A DNA stretch of 64,000 nt from Candidatus Poribacteria bacterium (GCA_963665845.2 OY762492.1:2368001-2432000); one strand, 5' to 3'; counted from the first letter of the stretch, positions 1 through 9,767 are shown. Numbers and translations: made by a program. The notes: generated from the sequence alone by a model not told the origin.

Positions 1-179
1 ATGCGGTCGCAACCGCCTACGGCGCCTACAGCGAGAAAAAGATGTTCGGCAAGACATTCATGGGCGTCAGCCGAAAAACCTTTCTGATCGACAAAGAGGG
101 CAAGATCGCCAAGGCGTGGCAGAAGGTGAAAACGAAGGGTCATGCCGAAGAGGTGCTTGAAGCGATTGATGAGATGTGA
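1..179 (+). CDS. bcp: Peroxiredoxin BCP/PrxQ family, 3' part (truncated by window edge)
   Basis: Manual translation of frame 3 gives AVATAYGAYSEKKMFGKTFMGVSRKTFLIDKEGKIAKAWQKVKTKGHAEEVL..., a typical BCP C-terminus. TGA at 177-179. Confidence 0.85.
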   Translation, partial: AVATAYGAYSEKKMFGKTFMGVSRKTFLIDKEGKIAKAWQKVKTKGHAEEVLEAIDEM

Positions 180-212
180 GACGGACGGGCGTCTTAATTA
201 AAAGGAGTCGAG

Positions 213-1058
213 ATGGCGATGGAACGACAGCGGGTGTTGGTGACCGGCGCGCGCGGAGCCGTCGGAAGCGCTGCCGCGGAGGAGCTGCGCCGCCGCGGAC
301 ATTTTGTGCGCGGCTTTGATCTGCGCCCGATGGACAATGTGGACGAGGCGCATCTGGGCGATCTGGCAAATCGAGCCGCCGTCGAGACGGCGGTGGAAGG
401 CATGGACGCGGTTGTGCATCTCGCCGCGACGCCCGACGCCGCCGACTTTCTGACGATGCTGCTCCAGCCGAACATCGTCGGCGTCTATCAGGTTTTTGAG
501 GCGGTGAAGAGGCATGGCGTTCCGCGGCTCGTGTATGCCAGCACCGTTCAGACCGTCATGGGTCCGCTGCCGTCAGGGGCGCGGTTGAACATTCAGCGCG
601 GGGAAGGCGGGCTTTCCATCCCGACCGGTCCCGACAGGGGGCAGTTTGCGCCCGATTTTGGCGAGCGGCTCATTCGTCTTGAGGACGGAACGGGTCCGCC
701 GAACCATTACGCTGTAACAAAGCTGTTCGGCGAGGCGATGTGCGCGATGTACGCCCATCAATACGGCATATCGGTCGCGGCGGTGCGCCTCGGCTGGCTT
801 CCGCGCGCGCCGCATGACGTCGCCTCCATTGCGCAGCTGGAATGGGCGCAGAACATTTACTTTAGCCCAGGGGACGCGGGGCGGTTCTTCGCCCTCTGCG
901 TTGAGGCGCCCGACCTCCCGCCCGCCGCGACGCTGTTTGCGTCCAGCCGCCCCAAGACGCGGCCTGTTTTAGACCTGGAGCCGGCGCGAAAATGGATCGG
1001 TTATGAGCCGCAGGACACATGGCCCGAAGGCGCGCCGCATCCGGTTCCAGATGCATAA
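213..1058 (+). CDS. NAD-dependent epimerase/dehydratase (uronate dehydrogenase-like extended SDR)
   Basis: TGARGAVG Rossmann motif, VVHLAA, YAVTK catalytic motif, AAGGAG RBS upstream. Confidence 0.85.
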   Translation: MAMERQRVLVTGARGAVGSAAAEELRRRGHFVRGFDLRPMDNVDEAHLGDLANRAAVETAVEGMDAVVHLAATPDAADFLTMLLQPNIVGVYQVFEAVKRHGVPRLVYASTVQTVMGPLPSGARLNIQRGEGGLSIPTGPDRGQFAPDFGERLIRLEDGTGPPNHYAVTKLFGEAMCAMYAHQYGISVAAVRLGWLPRAPHDVASIAQLEWAQNIYFSPGDAGRFFALCVEAPDLPPAATLFASSRPKTRPVLDLEPARKWIGYEPQDTWPEGAPHPVPDA

Positions 1059-2343
1059 CGGCATGGGCTGGGCGTTGGCGGCGCTGTTGAGCGCGGGGCT
1101 GTATGCGGGAGCGGAGCAGGCGCCGCAGGCATGGTGGCTTTTTTTAAAGGAGCCGCCTAGCGCCTCGTTTCGTTCCGCGGCGGAGGCGGTCGGCGCGTCT
1201 GTCCGAACCGAAAGCCGATGGCTGCGCGCGGTGAGCGTCTCGGCGACCGAACGGCAGCGGGAGACGCTGGCGCGTTTGCCGGGCGTTTTGCGGACGGCGC
1301 CCGTCGCGTCCTATCGGCGCGTTGTTCAGTTTCCCGTGGATCCGACTCATCTCCCGACGCGGCATGCGCAGCCTGACTTGATGAACGCGGAGGCGTTGAT
1401 GGAGGCGGGCTGGACAGGCGAAGGCGTCCGCGTCGGCATCTTGGACGCCGGCTTTCGGCTGACGCATCCCGCCTTTGAGCGCCTGCGCGTCGGAGCCGTC
1501 ATGGATGTCATTCATCAAGACCAGAATGTGGACGAGGAGCCGGGTCAAGACGACCCTGGCGAAGCCGCCCATGGAACCGCCATGCTGTCGATTGTGGCGG
1601 GGCTGGCGCCGAACGCGGAATACTACTTAGCCAAAACGGAAGACATACAGCGCAACGGGCGCGATTTTGAGTCGCATATTGAAGAAGATTACTGGGTTGA
1701 GGGGCTGGAGTGGTGCATCGAAAACGGGTGCGCGGTCGTCAACTCGTCGCTCAACTACGCGCTGGATTACGCTTTTGCGGAGATGGACGGGCAGACCTCC
1801 CCCGCGTCGTTGGCGGCGGCGGAAGCGATGCGCCGCGGCGCGTTGATTGTGAATTCCGCCGGGAACATCAACCGCTACAACCCGTTTGGGCGCATCGCGC
1901 CGCCCGCCGATTCGGTCGGCGTCTTCACGGTCGGCGCGGCGCTTTCGAACGGGGAGCCTGCCGCATTTTCCTCAAAAGGACCGACGGGGGACGGGCGTCT
2001 CAAGCCGGACGCGCTCGCGCTGGGCGTCGGCGTCTCTGCCGCCGCGTTGGACGGGGAAGGGTTTCGGCTGGCGCGGGGTACCTCCGCGGCGTCCGCGTTG
2101 ACAGCGGGGGCTGCCGCGCTGTTGGTTGAAGCGTTTCCGTCCGCCTCTCCCGCCGAGATGATGAACGCGCTGCGCATGACCGCCTCAAACGCGGACGCGC
2201 CTGACAACCGAAGCGGATACGGCGTTTTGAACGCCGCGGAGGCGTATGAATATCTGCGCCGCGGGTTGAATCCAACCGATGCGGACGCGCCGAGCCGACC
2301 CGCCGCTGTTTTTCTCGCCGACCTGAAACGAGGCAGTTTATGA
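1051..2343 (+). CDS. Secreted S8 (subtilisin-like) serine peptidase
   Basis: Catalytic motifs VGILDAG, HGTAM, GTSAAS; VNSAGN oxyanion motif; hydrophobic signal peptide. Start is probably ATG 1051 or 1063 rather than 1003. Confidence 0.85.
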   Translation: MHNGMGWALAALLSAGLYAGAEQAPQAWWLFLKEPPSASFRSAAEAVGASVRTESRWLRAVSVSATERQRETLARLPGVLRTAPVASYRRVVQFPVDPTHLPTRHAQPDLMNAEALMEAGWTGEGVRVGILDAGFRLTHPAFERLRVGAVMDVIHQDQNVDEEPGQDDPGEAAHGTAMLSIVAGLAPNAEYYLAKTEDIQRNGRDFESHIEEDYWVEGLEWCIENGCAVVNSSLNYALDYAFAEMDGQTSPASLAAAEAMRRGALIVNSAGNINRYNPFGRIAPPADSVGVFTVGAALSNGEPAAFSSKGPTGDGRLKPDALALGVGVSAAALDGEGFRLARGTSAASALTAGAAALLVEAFPSASPAEMMNALRMTASNADAPDNRSGYGVLNAAEAYEYLRRGLNPTDADAPSRPAAVFLADLKRGSL

Positions 2344-3629
2344 AACGCATCGCCGCCGCATTGCTTCTTGCCGTTTTCGCCTCCGCCTGCGGAGATTCGC
2401 CGATTGATGAAGGATGGGAAGCGTATCGGCGGGAGGGACCTGAAAAGGCGCGCGAGGCGTTCCTCCGCCTAACGAAAGACCCGAAGAGAGCCGCCGACGC
2501 GGAGCTGGCGCTGGCGGAAATCGCCCTTGAACAGGACGAGCTGGAGGAGGCGAAAACCCGCTTTCAAAACGCCGCCGCAAAAAAAGAGCGGTTTGCGGAC
2601 GCATACGCCGGCTTGGGCGAGGCGCTGTACCGAATGGGTCGTCAAAAGGAGGCGTACGAGGTCTGGATACAGGCGCTGGAGCGGGAGCCTGACGGGTCGC
2701 ACACGGAGCGAATCGGCGCGATGACCGGCGGCGCGTACCATACAACCCGACTCACGCGAAACGGCGCCGACAGCTATTTCCCGCGCTTTCACCCTGACGG
2801 AAAAAGCGTCGTCTTCGCGTCGCACCAATATGAAAGCGGCGATCTTTACCTGCTCCGCTTGGAGGACATGGCGCTGGAGCGGCTGACCGAGATGGACGCC
2901 TCCAACGAAATCAGCCCCGTTTATTCGCCGGACGGCTCCGCGCTCATCTTTGCCGCGACGGAACATCGAACGGGCGTCGGCTACATCACGCTTCACGCCA
3001 GCGGCTCCTCCACGCGGCGCATTGTGCTGATGAAACGCGACTCTGCGGACGGCTCCGTCTCGCTTTTGACGCCGAACCCCAGCTCGGTCGCCAACCCTTA
3101 TCATCATCCGTCCGAGGCGCGCATCGCGTTTGAAGCGGCGGTGGAGGAGAATCTGGACATCTGGACGATGGACGTAGAGGGCGGGGGGCGGATTCGCCTG
3201 ACGACAGGTCCGGAAGACGACGGGTCGCCCGTCTACACGCCGGACGGAAGCTCCATTCTGTTTGTTCAAACGCAGGAGAACAATTTTGAGCTGATGCTCA
3301 TGAAGGCGGACGGGACGGAGCTTGAGCAGGCGACGCGGACGCCGTATAACGAGTTTGCGGGTTCGTTTTCGCCGGACGGGAGCCGGCTGGTTTATTTTCG
3401 GCAGCGCGATGCGTATGAGCTGGCGCTGATGGACTGGGAGACGCGGCGGTCGCGCGTGTTGTGCCGATTGAAAGGGGACGCGATGCAGCCGTCGTTTTCG
3501 CCGGACGGACAGCGCATCGTTTTTGTCAGCAACCAGAGCGACTACATGGAGCTGTATCTTCTGGATCTGTCGCAGCCTGTGCCGGGCGCGACGATATTGC
3601 GCCGTCTGCGTTCTCTGCTTGCATCATGA
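2340..3629 (+). CDS. Lipoprotein with TPR repeats and TolB-like PD40 beta-propeller
   Basis: Lipobox FASAC; TPR-like helices (AYAGLGEALYRMG); repeated PxFSPDG motifs; ATGA overlap with the upstream gene. Confidence 0.8.
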   Translation: MKRIAAALLLAVFASACGDSPIDEGWEAYRREGPEKAREAFLRLTKDPKRAADAELALAEIALEQDELEEAKTRFQNAAAKKERFADAYAGLGEALYRMGRQKEAYEVWIQALEREPDGSHTERIGAMTGGAYHTTRLTRNGADSYFPRFHPDGKSVVFASHQYESGDLYLLRLEDMALERLTEMDASNEISPVYSPDGSALIFAATEHRTGVGYITLHASGSSTRRIVLMKRDSADGSVSLLTPNPSSVANPYHHPSEARIAFEAAVEENLDIWTMDVEGGGRIRLTTGPEDDGSPVYTPDGSSILFVQTQENNFELMLMKADGTELEQATRTPYNEFAGSFSPDGSRLVYFRQRDAYELALMDWETRRSRVLCRLKGDAMQPSFSPDGQRIVFVSNQSDYMELYLLDLSQPVPGATILRRLRSLLAS

Positions 3630-3769
3630 GAGCCTTGGTTTTCAAAGCGGGTCGGCGTTCAGAATCGACTCCGCCGCCGTCGGTTAAAAAAGTTGAATGC
3701 GCAGCAAATCAATGGCATAGTAACGTCATCCGAGGGTTCAGAGATTTTAAATCCAGGCGTTGTAAGCGG

Positions 3770-3798
3770 TTGACATGCGTTTGGCGTCTTGGTATGGT
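3770..3798 (+). promoter_or_regulatory. Predicted sigma70 promoter P1 of the barrel-ExbBD operon
   Basis: TTGACA-17 bp-TATGGT with extended TG. Confidence 0.6.
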
Positions 3799-3872
3799 AT
3801 GTTGTTGCGGGCGGGGCGTTTTCGTTCCGCTAGGCAAGCGCGGCATGATTCAACGCGCAACGTGAAAAATGG

Positions 3873-3901
3873 TTGACATGCGCCGAGCGTTTTGTTATTG
3901 T
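3873..3901 (+). promoter_or_regulatory. Predicted sigma70 promoter P2 of the barrel-ExbBD operon
   Basis: TTGACA-17 bp-TATTGT with extended TG. Shares GGTTGACATGCG with P1. Confidence 0.6.
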
Positions 3902-4013
3902 AAACTTGGTTTGCGGAGGATGCGGGCGTTTCAACGCGTTGCTTGACGCAATCATGAAATTTTGAACGAGCGAGGATACGCTCTTGAGAATCAAAACTTT
4001 AAGGACAGAACTT

Positions 4014-7000
4014 ATGAGAAAGACCGCTAAAGCGGCGCTTCCATGCCTGGGTCGGTGGACATTGGCGGCGTCGCTTGCATTGATAGGATTGGGGCTGATC
4101 GGGTGCGGCACAACGCCGTTCTCCGAGCTAGGCCCGCAGGAGCCGCTGTTGCCGGCAATTGAGGGGGAGTCGAAGTTCTCCGACCGCTTTGAGCTGGAAG
4201 AAATTCCTCATTTTTTCCATGATCTGTTCGGAAAAGAGCTGCTGGAGGGGCATGAGGTTCATCACTACGGGGAAGTGAAGAAGTTCGACAACACAGGCAA
4301 CTTGAACCTCGGTTTCAGCGGACAGTGGGAGACGCTCCGATTTGTTGTGGAGCTGGACCGCGAGGTTCTGACGCATGACACCTTTAGGGGCAGGCACGCG
4401 GAAGCGGCGATCGGAGATCATCTCCGCATTCTGCCGGAGACGCTCTTTCCCGCCGGGTACATCATCCGGAAAACGGAATTTGACGGGCAGCGGTTCGACA
4501 TCTCGTTCTCTCATGAGCGTCATCTGTTCACGCTTCTCAACACGCGCATGTCCAACACCATCTACAATATCCCTCTTGGTTTCCAGACGCTCAACGGCGC
4601 CGCCGGTCGACGAACCTCCACCGAGGACGTTGCCTTTCTCGCCAACTCCAGAATCATCGGTTTCCGAGCGCAGGGGCTGATCGGGGACATCTTCCGCGTC
4701 GGCGCGACGTATATAAACGTGCGCCAGGAGTTTCATCAGCGGACGCACAACCCGCTCTTCGGCTCCGTGCCGAACACGCCGCCGCAGGTCATCGTTGTCA
4801 CTTTCCGCGACGACTCGCCTGAAGACGGGCGCGTCGGAGCCGCCTTCCAGTCGATGGATGTCGTCATACGGTACCGAGAGGAATTGTATGACGTCGAAGT
4901 CATCACGGAGGACCCGAACACGGGCGAACCGCTGGAAGAACCGGTTGTCATCCGCGCGCCGCAGGAGTCCGAGGAGCAGACGCTCACATGGCAGGTCTTC
5001 TCCGACGATATGCGGGACGGCAATCTGACGGGAGATGTGCTGAACGGCGGATCGCCCGACCCGACCGTGACGACGGAGCTTCCCAGTTCCGACCCGCGCA
5101 TTGTTCGCAATGTCGGCGCGGACAACGCCGATTATCCGTACCTGGGCGACTGGCGGGTTGCAAACGGGTTTGACGCTTTTCATTACGCGCTGGATTTGAC
5201 CAATCTGCCGGATGCGGCTGCCAACGAGCTGGGAAGCTCGCTTTTGAACCCGGCGGTTGTCATCAGCGTTGAGTTCCAGAATATCAAGGTGGCGGGCGAC
5301 TACAACATCGTCATGAGCGGATACAGCCCTGGCAACGTCGGCGATGAAGACGGCGATCAGTTGCTCAATATGAACGGAAGCGGTCTCATCGTGATGCCGT
5401 ATCGCGACGTGATACAGGCGCCTGGAAACGTCGGTCAGGAGCAGGGTCAAGACCTGGACGTGTCCGATCCGAACGGGTGGAATCCGAAAACGATCGCGTC
5501 GCTGCAGTACGGCGCGCCGCGCTCCGCTGTCTTGGCGGGCGTGGACCTTGAAGGGACGATCGGCAATGTGCTGATTCGGGCGCAGTATTCGGTCAACAAC
5601 AAATACAAAGCGTATCCGACCGTCGACGAAGAACGCATCGATATTCTTCTTCTGCCGCAGGATTCAGGGATATCGAACGCGACCGTCGGAGACGCCGCCG
5701 ACTTCAAATACGACGAGGCGTCGGAGGGGAGAACCTTTTCCGCCAACAACGGCGCGGAGTTCAAATTCACGCCCGGCGGCGACAACCATGACTCCGCCGA
5801 GGTCGCCTGGTTCATCCAGCTTGAACACCGGCTTGGACGCATCCTGTTCAAAGAAGCGTTCTACCACATCGACCCAGGCTACACGACCAACTACCAGGGC
5901 TGGGGAAACAATGTGGACCGCGACGAGGTGTACGGCAACAACCCAGGCCCGTGGCGCGAAGCGAAAGACGAACCTGGTCCAGGAACGGAAGGTCCGGGCG
6001 TGGCGGCGGGGAACGGCTTCAATGCGGACATCTACCGCTTCGTTGAAGACGACGACGACCGCGACAGCTTTCCCGACAGCATCGACTTTGACGGAGTCCT
6101 TCCGCAAGCGGACGACCGCGACCAGAACGGCATTCTGGACTATCAGGAAGATTTCCTCATCTTCGACGCCGACCCGCCCATCTTTGACGACCTGGTCGAC
6201 CATGATAACAACGGCATCATCGACTCTCTCGAAGACGACTATGAGCCGGATTATGAGTACGGGATCGACCGGCGCGGCTACCATATTGAGGTGGCGTGGG
6301 ACATTTTTGAGAACATGACGACCACTTTCGGCTGGCTGAACGAGTCGGAAGTGTCCAGCGCGCGGCGCAACAACTCGCGCTATCTCCACTTCGATTTTCA
6401 GCGCGACATTGCCGAGCTCGGCACTTTCCGCCTGCAAGACCGTCTCCGCGTTGTGGACGACGACATCCCCGACTACTCCATCGCGCTGATCCCTGGAGCG
6501 CTTGGGGAGGCGCAGATAGAGGACCAGTTGGACTTCTACAACGCGACGGAAAACACGACGACGCTGCAGTTCCTCTACAACGCGATCAACAACCTGACGC
6601 TTGAGGGCAAGTATCTCTTCACGCTTGGGCGCCAGTCGCCGCCGTCGGATGAACGGCTGATCTTCCCGGACGACCCGGACACGCCCGACATTGATGAGCG
6701 CATCGACCTGATGGTGCCGCAGACGCAGGTGGATGTCGGCGGCGGGCAGAGAGATTACCCGTTCTATCCGGACCCGAATCTGATTTTCGACATCGACAAC
6801 TGGCAGGGGCGTCGATACGGGATTCAGAGCTACTGGGATGAAGACGGCAACATCATCACTGAAGAGGGCAAGACCCTCAATCAGCAGCTGCTCATTTTCC
6901 GCGCGCAGTATGAGATTCCGCTCAAGGAGATTGGCGGTCTGCAGAGCATCGTTGAGAGCATCAGCGAAGACATCGTCATCACGCCGGTGTATAAGTACAT

Positions 7001-7478
7001 TCTTGAGCGGAGTTCGGACCGAAGCCGCGACAGCCTTTACATCTCCCGCTTCAATCTGGGCGAGTTTGACAAAGGTACGCGGTTCGCGCTGGACCCGATC
7101 AATGTCAACCCCGGCGACGCGGAGAGCCGAGAGTATCTGCGCTTCAACAAGAACAGCCGCGAAATCGTCGAGGGCGTCCGCTTCGACTATCAGTTCACGC
7201 AGCGGGCGGCGATCGTCGCCGGCTTCCAGTACCGCAAGTTCATCAACAAGGACAAGGATTACCAGCGGTATCTGTCGGTCATTCCGGACGGGCAATCGTC
7301 GGCTCCGATCGAGTACCGCCCCGATTCGCGGACTCGAATCTTTGAGCTGCAGTTGATTCAGGAAGGCGACTGGCAAGGTTTTGTTGTGGCGATCCTGTCG
7401 GGTTTCCGCATCTACAAGGATGTTCTCAACAATGTTGCGAGCAACAGCACCTACATTCGCGCGATGACCGGTTTCTAA
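4014..7478 (+). CDS. Large uncharacterised lipoprotein, probable outer-membrane beta-barrel with Asp-rich Ca2+-binding loops
   Basis: Signal peptide with lipobox LIGC; many amphipathic strand pairs; DxDxNGxxD motifs; C-terminal YIRAMTGF ending in Phe. Start ATG 4014 (the ORF track gives TTG 3984). Confidence 0.7.
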   Translation: MRKTAKAALPCLGRWTLAASLALIGLGLIGCGTTPFSELGPQEPLLPAIEGESKFSDRFELEEIPHFFHDLFGKELLEGHEVHHYGEVKKFDNTGNLNLGFSGQWETLRFVVELDREVLTHDTFRGRHAEAAIGDHLRILPETLFPAGYIIRKTEFDGQRFDISFSHERHLFTLLNTRMSNTIYNIPLGFQTLNGAAGRRTSTEDVAFLANSRIIGFRAQGLIGDIFRVGATYINVRQEFHQRTHNPLFGSVPNTPPQVIVVTFRDDSPEDGRVGAAFQSMDVVIRYREELYDVEVITEDPNTGEPLEEPVVIRAPQESEEQTLTWQVFSDDMRDGNLTGDVLNGGSPDPTVTTELPSSDPRIVRNVGADNADYPYLGDWRVANGFDAFHYALDLTNLPDAAANELGSSLLNPAVVISVEFQNIKVAGDYNIVMSGYSPGNVGDEDGDQLLNMNGSGLIVMPYRDVIQAPGNVGQEQGQDLDVSDPNGWNPKTIASLQYGAPRSAVLAGVDLEGTIGNVLIRAQYSVNNKYKAYPTVDEERIDILLLPQDSGISNATVGDAADFKYDEASEGRTFSANNGAEFKFTPGGDNHDSAEVAWFIQLEHRLGRILFKEAFYHIDPGYTTNYQGWGNNVDRDEVYGNNPGPWREAKDEPGPGTEGPGVAAGNGFNADIYRFVEDDDDRDSFPDSIDFDGVLPQADDRDQNGILDYQEDFLIFDADPPIFDDLVDHDNNGIIDSLEDDYEPDYEYGIDRRGYHIEVAWDIFENMTTTFGWLNESEVSSARRNNSRYLHFDFQRDIAELGTFRLQDRLRVVDDDIPDYSIALIPGALGEAQIEDQLDFYNATENTTTLQFLYNAINNLTLEGKYLFTLGRQSPPSDERLIFPDDPDTPDIDERIDLMVPQTQVDVGGGQRDYPFYPDPNLIFDIDNWQGRRYGIQSYWDEDGNIITEEGKTLNQQLLIFRAQYEIPLKEIGGLQSIVESISEDIVITPVYKYILERSSDRSRDSLYISRFNLGEFDKGTRFALDPINVNPGDAESREYLRFNKNSREIVEGVRFDYQFTQRAAIVAGFQYRKFINKDKDYQRYLSVIPDGQSSAPIEYRPDSRTRIFELQLIQEGDWQGFVVAILSGFRIYKDVLNNVASNSTYIRAMTGF

Positions 7479-7489
7479 ACAACGCTGAC

Positions 7490-7527
7490 AGCGGGAGGCG
7501 GTCCGCAGGGTCGGGCCGCCTCCCGCT
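7490..7527 (+). other. GC-rich intra-operon hairpin lacking a U-tract
   Basis: AGCGGGAGGCGG / CCGCCTCCCGCT perfect 12-bp inverted repeat just after the stop codon. Confidence 0.6.
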
Positions 7528-8117
7528 TGTCGCTTGAAGGCAGGCAATTGCGGAACGTTCTGATCATCATGATGCGCATATCGGCGGCGGCTCTATGGGT
7601 CGGCGCCGCCCATGCGCAGGTACAGACGTCGGCTCCAGCGGCGGCGCTGAGCGGCGTTGTGTTGAGTGTGAGAGACGGATCCGCGGTTGAAGGCGCGAAA
7701 ATGCATGCCGTTGCCGGCATCAAAGGCAGCGTCAAGGATGTAACGAAGGGAGGCGCGGCTGTCGAGGGCGCGACCGTCACGTACACGTACGTTGGGCTTC
7801 GCGCCGGTAAATCGGGCGAAGTCAAGAGCGACCAGAACGGCGAGTTTGAAATCTTTCCGCTTGCTCCCGGCGATTACTCTCTTAGCGTTGCGGCGGACAG
7901 GTATAAGGAACGCGATAACATCCTTCGCTCCGTCGTCTCTGGACAGACGACGGTCATCGAACTGAAAATGCGCAAAAAGACGACCATATTCCAGGCGCTA
8001 GGGAGGATGTACGGCGGGAATGGAGTTCTGGTCCTGCTGTTTTCCATTGCAGCGGTCGCTCTCATCTTTACGCTGACTGCGTCATGGCTCATACGAAAAG
8101 CGGAGAAGCAATCATGA
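7527..8117 (+). CDS. Membrane-anchored carboxypeptidase-regulatory-like (Ig/transthyretin-like fold) domain protein; truncated paralogue of the downstream ExbB N-terminus
   Basis: Signal peptide (AHA|Q), GIKGSVKD...GATV...SDQNGEFEI..LAPGDYSL motif, one C-terminal TM helix. Exact start uncertain. Confidence 0.7.
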   Translation: MSLEGRQLRNVLIIMMRISAAALWVGAAHAQVQTSAPAAALSGVVLSVRDGSAVEGAKMHAVAGIKGSVKDVTKGGAAVEGATVTYTYVGLRAGKSGEVKSDQNGEFEIFPLAPGDYSLSVAADRYKERDNILRSVVSGQTTVIELKMRKKTTIFQALGRMYGGNGVLVLLFSIAAVALIFTLTASWLIRKAEKQS

Positions 8118-8197
8118 ATCGATTTCTCAACAACAACGAAAACGCGGTTCGAGGATCGAACCGTTCAACCGTTTCAAACCTTATGGAGGCAAACCAA

Positions 8198-9250
8198 GTG
8201 CGTAAACTTCTTCCCGTCATCATGTCGGCGGCGCTGGCCATCTTCTGTCTCGGCGTTCAGGCGCAGGAAGCGACCGAGGATATCGGCGCCGACATGGGCA
8301 GCGAAATTGACATCGGCGGCGCCGGCCTGGACACGACCGTCAGCGAAACCGGCATCAAAGGCAGCATCAAGGATGTAACGCAGGGAGGCGCGGCAGTCAA
8401 CGGCGCGACCATCATGTATGTTGGGAACGACGTGACAGGCGAAGCCACGAGCGATCAGAACGGCGAGTTTGAAATCGGTCCGCTTGCCCCCGGCGAGTAC
8501 TCGCTCAAAGTGGTGGCGGACAATTTCCGGGACCGCGACGGCATCATTCGTACGGTCGTCGCCGGACAGATGACGATCATCGAAGTGAAAATGCGCGAAA
8601 AGACGACCCTGCTCGTGTTCGCAAGGCGGTTCGGATGGGTCGGCATTCCGCTGCTGCTCTGCTCCATCGCGGCGGTGACGTTCATCATTGAGCGCATCTT
8701 CACCTACGTGAAGCTGAACTCCGGCACCGAGGCGCTTCTTCACCGCGTGGATGAGGCGCTGGAGCATGACGATGTCAACGAAGCGCAGCAGGCGTGCGAT
8801 GAGGTGGGGACGCCGATTGCGAACGTTCTCAAGAGCGGATTGACCCGCTATAGCGCGGGGCTGGTGCGAAATGAGCCGCCGACAAAGAACGAGATACAGG
8901 AGATGATGCAGGAAGGCGCCGCCCGCGAGCTGCCCGAATTTGAGAACAACCTGACCTGGTTGTCGATGATTGCAGTGGTCTCTCCGCTGTTTGGGCTGCT
9001 GGGTACGGTGCTGGGGATGATCCGCGCGTTCACGGTGATCGCGTTGGAAGGCACAAACGACCCGAACCAGCTGGCTGACGGGATTTCGGTCGCTCTCTAC
9101 ACGACAGCGGCGGGTCTCTCGATTGCCGCTCCTGCGCTGGTGTTCTACGCGATTTTCGAAAACATCGTCAACAAGAACACCCTCCGCATTGAAGATGCGG
9201 CTTCGAATTTGGCAAACAAACTGACCGCATCCGACGCTGCGGCCAGCTAA
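8198..9250 (+). CDS. MotA/TolQ/ExbB proton channel protein with N-terminal periplasmic carboxypeptidase-regulatory-like domain
   Basis: SPLFGLLGTVLGMIRAF and GISVALYTTAAGL motifs. GTG start at 8198 after GGAGG gives a signal peptide (VQA|Q). Confidence 0.9.
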   Translation: MRKLLPVIMSAALAIFCLGVQAQEATEDIGADMGSEIDIGGAGLDTTVSETGIKGSIKDVTQGGAAVNGATIMYVGNDVTGEATSDQNGEFEIGPLAPGEYSLKVVADNFRDRDGIIRTVVAGQMTIIEVKMREKTTLLVFARRFGWVGIPLLLCSIAAVTFIIERIFTYVKLNSGTEALLHRVDEALEHDDVNEAQQACDEVGTPIANVLKSGLTRYSAGLVRNEPPTKNEIQEMMQEGAARELPEFENNLTWLSMIAVVSPLFGLLGTVLGMIRAFTVIALEGTNDPNQLADGISVALYTTAAGLSIAAPALVFYAIFENIVNKNTLRIEDAASNLANKLTASDAAAS

Positions 9251-9261
9251 ATCTTTTCATT

Positions 9262-9297
9262 TTGCGCGGCCGCCCTCATCATAAGGCGGCTGCGCAA
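9262..9297 (+). other. Intergenic hairpin between exbB and exbD
   Basis: TTGCGCGGCCGCC / GGCGGCTGCGCAA inverted repeat. Confidence 0.5.
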
Positions 9298-9320
9298 CCG
9301 CATTGAAAGGAGTCGCGGAC

Positions 9321-9767
9321 ATGTATGATGAAAATCAAACCCAAGCTACCGCCCGCAAATCGCGGCGGGAGCCTGCAGTGGACATGACGCCGATGATCGA
9401 TTGCGTGTTTCTGTTGATCATCTTTTTCATGCTGGCGACCACCTTCTCGCCGCTGCCTGGCATCCAGGTCAAACTGCCGCCCCCGTCCAATGCGCCGACG
9501 CCGCCGGAGCAGAAAAACTTCATCCTGGTGATATCGAACCCAGAAGGGGGCGCATCGGAAGGCATCATGCTACTGAACGATAGTGGAGTGAGCATGAGCG
9601 ACCTGTCGGTCAGCTTTATGGGCGGCACCGAGGAGCAAAAAGAGACGCTCATCATCCGCTCCGGACGGCGCGTGAAGCATGAGCAGATCGTGACCGTGAT
9701 GGACAAGGCGAAACGCGCCGGCATCAAAAAAATCGGATTTGCAATGGTTGCAAGCTCCTTATATTGA
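9321..9767 (+). CDS. exbD: Biopolymer transporter ExbD/TolR family
   Basis: MTPMIDCVFLLIIFFM TM motif with conserved Asp; C-terminal VMDKAKRAGIKKIGF. Confidence 0.9.
   Translation: MYDENQTQATARKSRREPAVDMTPMIDCVFLLIIFFMLATTFSPLPGIQVKLPPPSNAPTPPEQKNFILVISNPEGGASEGIMLLNDSGVSMSDLSVSFMGGTEEQKETLIIRSGRRVKHEQIVTVMDKAKRAGIKKIGFAMVASSLY

Noticed and set aside
4128-7547. Long antisense ORFs (440 and 627 aa), and similar ones at 34665-36530, 20584-21993, 32867-33808 and 44655-45596
   Set aside because: Shadow ORFs opposite well-supported genes, expected from high GC3 codon bias; no motifs.
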